DNA of 64,000 nucleotides, from positions 44,874 to 108,873 of IMG/VR virus record IMGVR_UViG_2608642293_000001. One strand, written 5' to 3'. Shown one piece after another: positions 59,631 to 64,000 of this stretch. The notes beneath the pieces were generated by a model that was given only the letters and a program-made list of their open reading frames with translations, did not search any database and was not told the origin of the DNA. The position numbers and the translations under genes are program-made. How positions within the stretch are numbered: the first letter of the stretch is position 1; the number at the start of each line of letters is the position of its first letter. Source of the DNA: a virus. Lineage: Duplodnaviria; Caudoviricetes.

Positions 59631-61151
59631 GTGAGAAGATTATATGATTTTATAAAAAGTGTAAATAACAATAAAATTAATCAAATAAATTGTTATGAAA
59701 ACACAATCAATATGGAATTCTCGTATTTTACTGGATTAGAAAATATATTATCTTTTGAAAAAATGAAAAACTTAAATGAATTATATCCCAATGTATTAAG
59801 TATTTATAAGTGCAAGTCAGCAGTAGAAGAGATTGACATTAACGATTTCTTAACTGATAAAGAAGAATATGAAGAAGAAATTGTTGGAGATGATTTTAAA
59901 GAATGTAAATTTAAATTAAGTATATCCAATAATGAATTAGTAAAATGCATTATTGAAATGAATTCAGAGCATAATACATTAGTATACTTTGATAAAAATT
60001 CATTTTTGAATGAATTAAAAATTGAACCACAATATTATAGAAAACTTGAGCAAAAAATTTTTTCTTCAAATAAAAATATAATTATAATAATAGATTCAGA
60101 TATGTTATTATATAATGATTTTTGTATAATTATAGGATTAAATAGAGGCAATTTGCATGAAGAAATAAAAAAATTCGTAGATGGTAATAAGTCACTAAAA
60201 AAAGAGATTTGTGAACTGAGAAATATATCTTGTAGTTGGGTAGACTCTACAAAATACTTAAATCCAAATCATACTTTTTTTTATAGGGATAATATTGAAT
60301 TTAGCGTTGATGAGGAAATAATTTGTGAATTTATGAAAATTACTGTTAACTTGGCAATGTTATCAATATGTAACTTTAGCGGAGAAATAGAAGATACATT
60401 TAAAAGTATTATAAATGGTAATAAAAGAATCGAAATAATTTATAACGGTAATATAAATTATGACTATAGTAATGCTAGAAATATTTATACTATATACAAT
60501 TGGATTTATGACATTCCTTCAATTGATAAACTAAATATATGTAGAAATGTAATAAGTGCATTAATTGTTGCTAAATGTCAAGGAAATTCATTGATAACAA
60601 TACTTGAAAATAGTGAGTCGTTGCTAAATTCACTAAATGACAATTTTGAAAATTATACTCAGGAAAATATAAATAAATTTTTCGAGGAAAGAAATAATAA
60701 TAAGAAGGCTTTATTAGCTGATATTAAAGAAATTACAGATCAAACAGAATCGATAATTAAGTTAATTGTTAACAATATGACATCATTAATAGCTGTAAGC
60801 ATTGCTGGGGTAGTTGTATACATTGCAAAAAGTTCTTTCTTAGTAGTAAAAATCTTGGGAATTCTATATGTATTACAATTAGATTTAAGTCTATTATTAA
60901 GCATACCAATTAATATATTTAAGTATAACAATACTGCTAATAATTTTAAAAATATAAAAGAACAGTATGAAGAACTATATTTTAAAGATAAAGATATAAG
61001 TATATATGATGAAAAAATGAATAAAACAAAAAAATTATTGAAATTATATATATGTATAACTTTAATTATAGTTGTAATAGTAAATTTCATATCTTGGAAA
61101 ATAGTATATGATGCAGAATATTTAAAGTGGATTTTATCATTTATAAATTAA
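59631..61151 (+). CDS. Hypothetical protein with three C-terminal TM helices, operonic with nucleoid-associated protein
   Basis: RBS ggaggt; IYNWIY...DKL.I.RNVIS motif; hydrophobic C-terminus. Confidence 0.65.
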   Translation: MRRLYDFIKSVNNNKINQINCYENTINMEFSYFTGLENILSFEKMKNLNELYPNVLSIYKCKSAVEEIDINDFLTDKEEYEEEIVGDDFKECKFKLSISNNELVKCIIEMNSEHNTLVYFDKNSFLNELKIEPQYYRKLEQKIFSSNKNIIIIIDSDMLLYNDFCIIIGLNRGNLHEEIKKFVDGNKSLKKEICELRNISCSWVDSTKYLNPNHTFFYRDNIEFSVDEEIICEFMKITVNLAMLSICNFSGEIEDTFKSIINGNKRIEIIYNGNINYDYSNARNIYTIYNWIYDIPSIDKLNICRNVISALIVAKCQGNSLITILENSESLLNSLNDNFENYTQENINKFFEERNNNKKALLADIKEITDQTESIIKLIVNNMTSLIAVSIAGVVVYIAKSSFLVVKILGILYVLQLDLSLLLSIPINIFKYNNTANNFKNIKEQYEELYFKDKDISIYDEKMNKTKKLLKLYICITLIIVVIVNFISWKIVYDAEYLKWILSFIN

Positions 61152-61196
61152 AAAAAAGCAGTAGCTAGGAGTAATCCAACTACTGCTAATTTTTTG

Positions 61197-61928
61197 TTAT
61201 TTTATAAACTGACCATTGAAGAATCCAATTTGGGCGCCATAAATGTGGACTTTATTTAACTGAAAATAAAACCTGATTTTTTGCTTACCAGTAAGATCTA
61301 TTGACATATCTTTTAACATATCTCCAGATGAAATATCTGTTTTATAAACATCCTTATCATCAACAGATATTTTAACTAAACCATCTTCCAAATTACTTTG
61401 ATAATCTTTAGTAAGACCTAATTTAGCATTAAATTTTTTGTATTGACCATTTAAAGGAAACTCAATATAAGAATATGAATCATTTGTAGTAGCGTACAGA
61501 GTTAGAAAATTAGTATACTCATTATTCAAGTTGTCAAGTACTGTATCTGGAAAGTACTGAGGATTAACAATATTAAATATTGGGTCAGAATATCGATATG
61601 ATCCTGATAAATTAGAATGGAAATCCATATGTAACAAATCAGCTCCCCAATAACAAATCCCAGAAGTTTTAGTTTGTCTAGCACCAGTACTGTCTATTGG
61701 ATATCCATCAACTATAGTATTGTTAGACATATAACCATTAGAGTCAAAATGGTACCATTTATTATCAATTTGTTTCCAACCTACAGCATAGTAAGGTGTG
61801 GTAAATGTAGTGTACCACCATCCGTCATTATCTTGTTTCCACACAGCATTTGCAGAAGTTTGTAGCATACCTAGTATACTCGTTGTAATAAAGATAGAAA
61901 TTAAGCTTTTAATAATTAACTTTTTCAA
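61197..61928 (-). CDS. Secreted cell-wall-binding repeat protein with NPCBM-like domain
   Basis: Signal peptide; GWKQIDNKWYHFDSNGYM; YIEFPLNGQYKKFNAKLG. Confidence 0.7.
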   Translation of the reverse strand: MKKLIIKSLISIFITTSILGMLQTSANAVWKQDNDGWWYTTFTTPYYAVGWKQIDNKWYHFDSNGYMSNNTIVDGYPIDSTGARQTKTSGICYWGADLLHMDFHSNLSGSYRYSDPIFNIVNPQYFPDTVLDNLNNEYTNFLTLYATTNDSYSYIEFPLNGQYKKFNAKLGLTKDYQSNLEDGLVKISVDDKDVYKTDISSGDMLKDMSIDLTGKQKIRFYFQLNKVHIYGAQIGFFNGQFIK

Positions 61929-62164
61929 TTTAAATCCCCCTATAAAATTATTAACTTACTTAAATTTTACAATGTTTTACCTATATATACAATAGAAGGA
62001 ATATTGCAATTAATATGGATTATTCTATAATGGCATGTTATTATAATTATATCCATTATATTATTAGAAACACCAATAAAGGTAGATTAGGTAAAGATAC
62101 TTAGTCTATCTTTTATTTTTTACAAATTTATTTCCTAAATTTATGAAAAAAATACAAAAATACG

Positions 62165-62193
62165 TTGACTTATTATACTATCGATAGTATAGT
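62165..62193 (+). promoter_or_regulatory. SigA promoter with an overlapping perfect 18-bp palindrome
   Basis: TTGACT-N17-TATAGT; TATACTATCGATAGTATA at 62174-62191. Confidence 0.7.
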
Positions 62194-62217
62194 AAGAGTA
62201 TAGAAAGGGGTGAGGAA

Positions 62218-62337
62218 ATGGCAAGAAAAAAGAAGAAACCTAAGGGACTTGATGCAAAAGATTTAATACAGCTAATAACAGTCTTGACAAACTTAGTGAT
62301 AGCTATAATAAATCTAGTAATTGCATTACACAAGTAA
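62218..62337 (+). CDS. 39-aa basic/hydrophobic peptide, putative type I toxin (not in ORF track)
   Basis: RBS ggggtgagg; MARKKKKPKGLDAKDLIQLITVLTNLVIAIINLVIALHK. Confidence 0.6.
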   Translation: MARKKKKPKGLDAKDLIQLITVLTNLVIAIINLVIALHK

Positions 62338-62420
62338 ACACTAGGAAGGGTAAAACCCTTCCGCTCCCAAAGTTTCTTCTTAATAATTATAGCATAAATA
62401 ATATTAAGGAGGTAGAGAAT

Positions 62421-62510
62421 ATGAATAAAATTCAAAAGTTGACTCTAGCATTAAGCATTATAAGTATAGGAATAAGTTTAGTAACGTTGATAATATTATT
62501 ATATAAATAA
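62421..62510 (+). CDS. 29-aa hydrophobic peptide (not in ORF track)
   Basis: RBS aggagg; MNKIQKLTLALSIISIGISLVTLIILLYK. Confidence 0.6.
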   Translation: MNKIQKLTLALSIISIGISLVTLIILLYK

Positions 62511-62524
62511 GGAGGCGTTTAAAA

Positions 62525-62704
62525 TTGGAAGAAAAGAAGAACCCACAAACAGAAGCGAATAAACGTTGGCAAGAAGAAAATAGAGAGAAAGCTAGGTATC
62601 TAAGGAATAGATCTACGGCTAGAAATTTTATCAAAAAGCAAGCAACGTTAGAAGATATTGAGGAATTGGGAAACTTAATAGAAGAAAGAAGAAAAGAATT
62701 ATAG
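62525..62704 (+). CDS. 59-aa charged protein, likely DNA-binding autoregulator (not in ORF track)
   Basis: RBS ggagg, TTG start; QTEANKRWQEENREKARYLRNRSTARNFIKKQATLEDIEEL. Confidence 0.65.
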   Translation: MEEKKNPQTEANKRWQEENREKARYLRNRSTARNFIKKQATLEDIEELGNLIEERRKEL

Positions 62705-62916
62705 AAAATGAAAAAGGCAGCAGCCGAAGCCACCACCAGTCCATTTTGCAATTTTATTATAACTATAAGAAATACTTAATTCAAGAGGAAAAATAAACAT
62801 AAAAAAGAGATAGCAGGGAGAATGAGGAATTGCTATCTCTTTTCTTCGTTTGAGTATTTAAATTTCTAGGTTTGAGCAATTATAGCATTTTTACTTTTTT
62901 CTAATAAATTCAATTT

Positions 62917-63315
62917 TTAATTCCAAGTATCTTTATTAATTGTATTGTTATAAGTAATTTTATCGTAATTTATATGTCCATCAGACTCAGTATAGAGAAG
63001 TACTGCTGTATTTGCATCGGGATGAATCCACTCATCATGAGCCATTCTACAGTCATTTTTTAAATAATAGTCATAATTTCCACTTTTTAAAACTACATTG
63101 GAATTTGCCACACCATCTTCGCCAAAGAAATACCAATCTCCATCTATATATGTCCATCCTATAGGAGCAGTCATATCTGAATAAATGTACTCCCATTCAA
63201 CCTGACCATTAATTATATTAGATACCCAGCCTGTCTGAAATGCACTTGTAGGTACTGCAAATAGGCTAAAACTTATAAGTATTCCGCTTAATGTTTTCAA
63301 TATGATTTTTTTCAT
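62917..63315 (-). CDS. Secreted cell-wall-binding repeat protein
   Basis: Signal peptide; GWTYIDGDWYFFGEDG. Confidence 0.7.
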   Translation of the reverse strand: MKKIILKTLSGILISFSLFAVPTSAFQTGWVSNIINGQVEWEYIYSDMTAPIGWTYIDGDWYFFGEDGVANSNVVLKSGNYDYYLKNDCRMAHDEWIHPDANTAVLLYTESDGHINYDKITYNNTINKDTWN

Positions 63316-63472
63316 TATTTATTCCCTCCAATAAGTAATTTATGCCCATATTATACCACGATATGTAAAAATATAGCTATATTATTGAATTTATTAATCT
63401 AGAGTATTTAAGAAAATTATGAAATGATATACAATTATGCTATATAGTTGTTATTAAAAGGGGGATGACATA

Positions 63473-64000
63473 ATGGTAAACCAGATAGAAATGATATCAA
63501 AAGATGAGTGGCAAAAGACTAGAAATAAAAGAATAATATTACAAGGAGTTCAAGGAAAGACGCTCGTATTAGAGGGAAAAACAGTAAGAATAACTAAAAA
63601 AGGTTGGTTGTTTGCAGCAGAAAGAGAAAAAACATTACCAATAAGAAATATTTCATCTGTTGAAGTTAAGAAACCAGGTTTGCTGGTTAGTGGATACATC
63701 CAATTTTCAATATCTGGAGGACAATCATTGAATAGCTCTTATAAAGTTACTGGTGGTACATTAGATGCTGTAAAAGATGAAAATTCAGTTGTATTTGGTG
63801 GCGAGGATAATTATAGAAAAGCTTTAAAAATAAAAAAATACATTGAAAAATATTCTGAAAATCAAAATATGAATGATGTTGTGAAAGTTGATTCACATTC
63901 AAATGCTGATGAGATTATGAAATATAAGAAATTATTAGATGATGGTATTATTTCGCAGAAGGAGTTTGAAACTAAGAAGAAACAATTATTGGAGTTATAA
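63473..64000 (+). CDS. PH-like domain protein with C-terminal SHOCT domain
   Basis: IRNISSVEVKKPG...GYIQF; ADEIMKYKKLLDDGIISQKEFETKKKQLL. Confidence 0.75.
   Translation: MVNQIEMISKDEWQKTRNKRIILQGVQGKTLVLEGKTVRITKKGWLFAAEREKTLPIRNISSVEVKKPGLLVSGYIQFSISGGQSLNSSYKVTGGTLDAVKDENSVVFGGEDNYRKALKIKKYIEKYSENQNMNDVVKVDSHSNADEIMKYKKLLDDGIISQKEFETKKKQLLEL

Larger units (their letters stand above)
14402..64000. mobile_element. Prophage 2, contractile-tailed temperate phage (right end outside window)
   Basis: Canonical order: integrase, immunity, replication, head, sheath/tube/baseplate, lysis, accessory. Confidence 0.93.

Noticed and set aside
62178-62751. Minus-strand ORFs 62178-62435 and 62458-62751
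   Set aside because: Shadows of three plus-strand small genes that have clear RBSs and a promoter
1-64000. Other short overlapping ORFs in the track (e.g. 20955-21404, 43521-44006, 59086-59598) and tRNA/rRNA genes
   Set aside because: The ORFs lie antisense to or within well-supported genes and lack RBSs; no tRNA or rRNA-like sequence was recognised

Overview
AT-rich Clostridium-type chromosome segment (C. beijerinckii-like by gene content; inferred) made almost entirely of two related prophages in tandem. Bases 1-~14244 are the right arm of prophage 1: lysis cassette, secreted toxin-immunity pair, cell-wall-binding proteins, a ParM/RHH plus VirB-like ATPase module, and HTH regulators. Bases ~14402-64000 are a near-complete myovirus-type prophage 2: large serine recombinase, immunity region, PolA/VirE/SNF2 replication module, head, PBSX-like contractile tail, Septu-like defence pair, second lysis cassette and accessory cargo; its right end lies outside the window. 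The key observation is the only host DNA between the two elements: a 159-bp in-frame internal fragment of the spore-coat manganese-catalase gene cotJC (14243-14401, minus strand), missed by the ORF track. cotJC therefore appears split into three pieces by two prophages at two different sites, so both would have to excise to rebuild the gene. The new stop codon of the fragment overlaps (ATGA) the start of a prophage 1 double-HTH gene. All family assignments come from motif recognition by eye; no searches were run.
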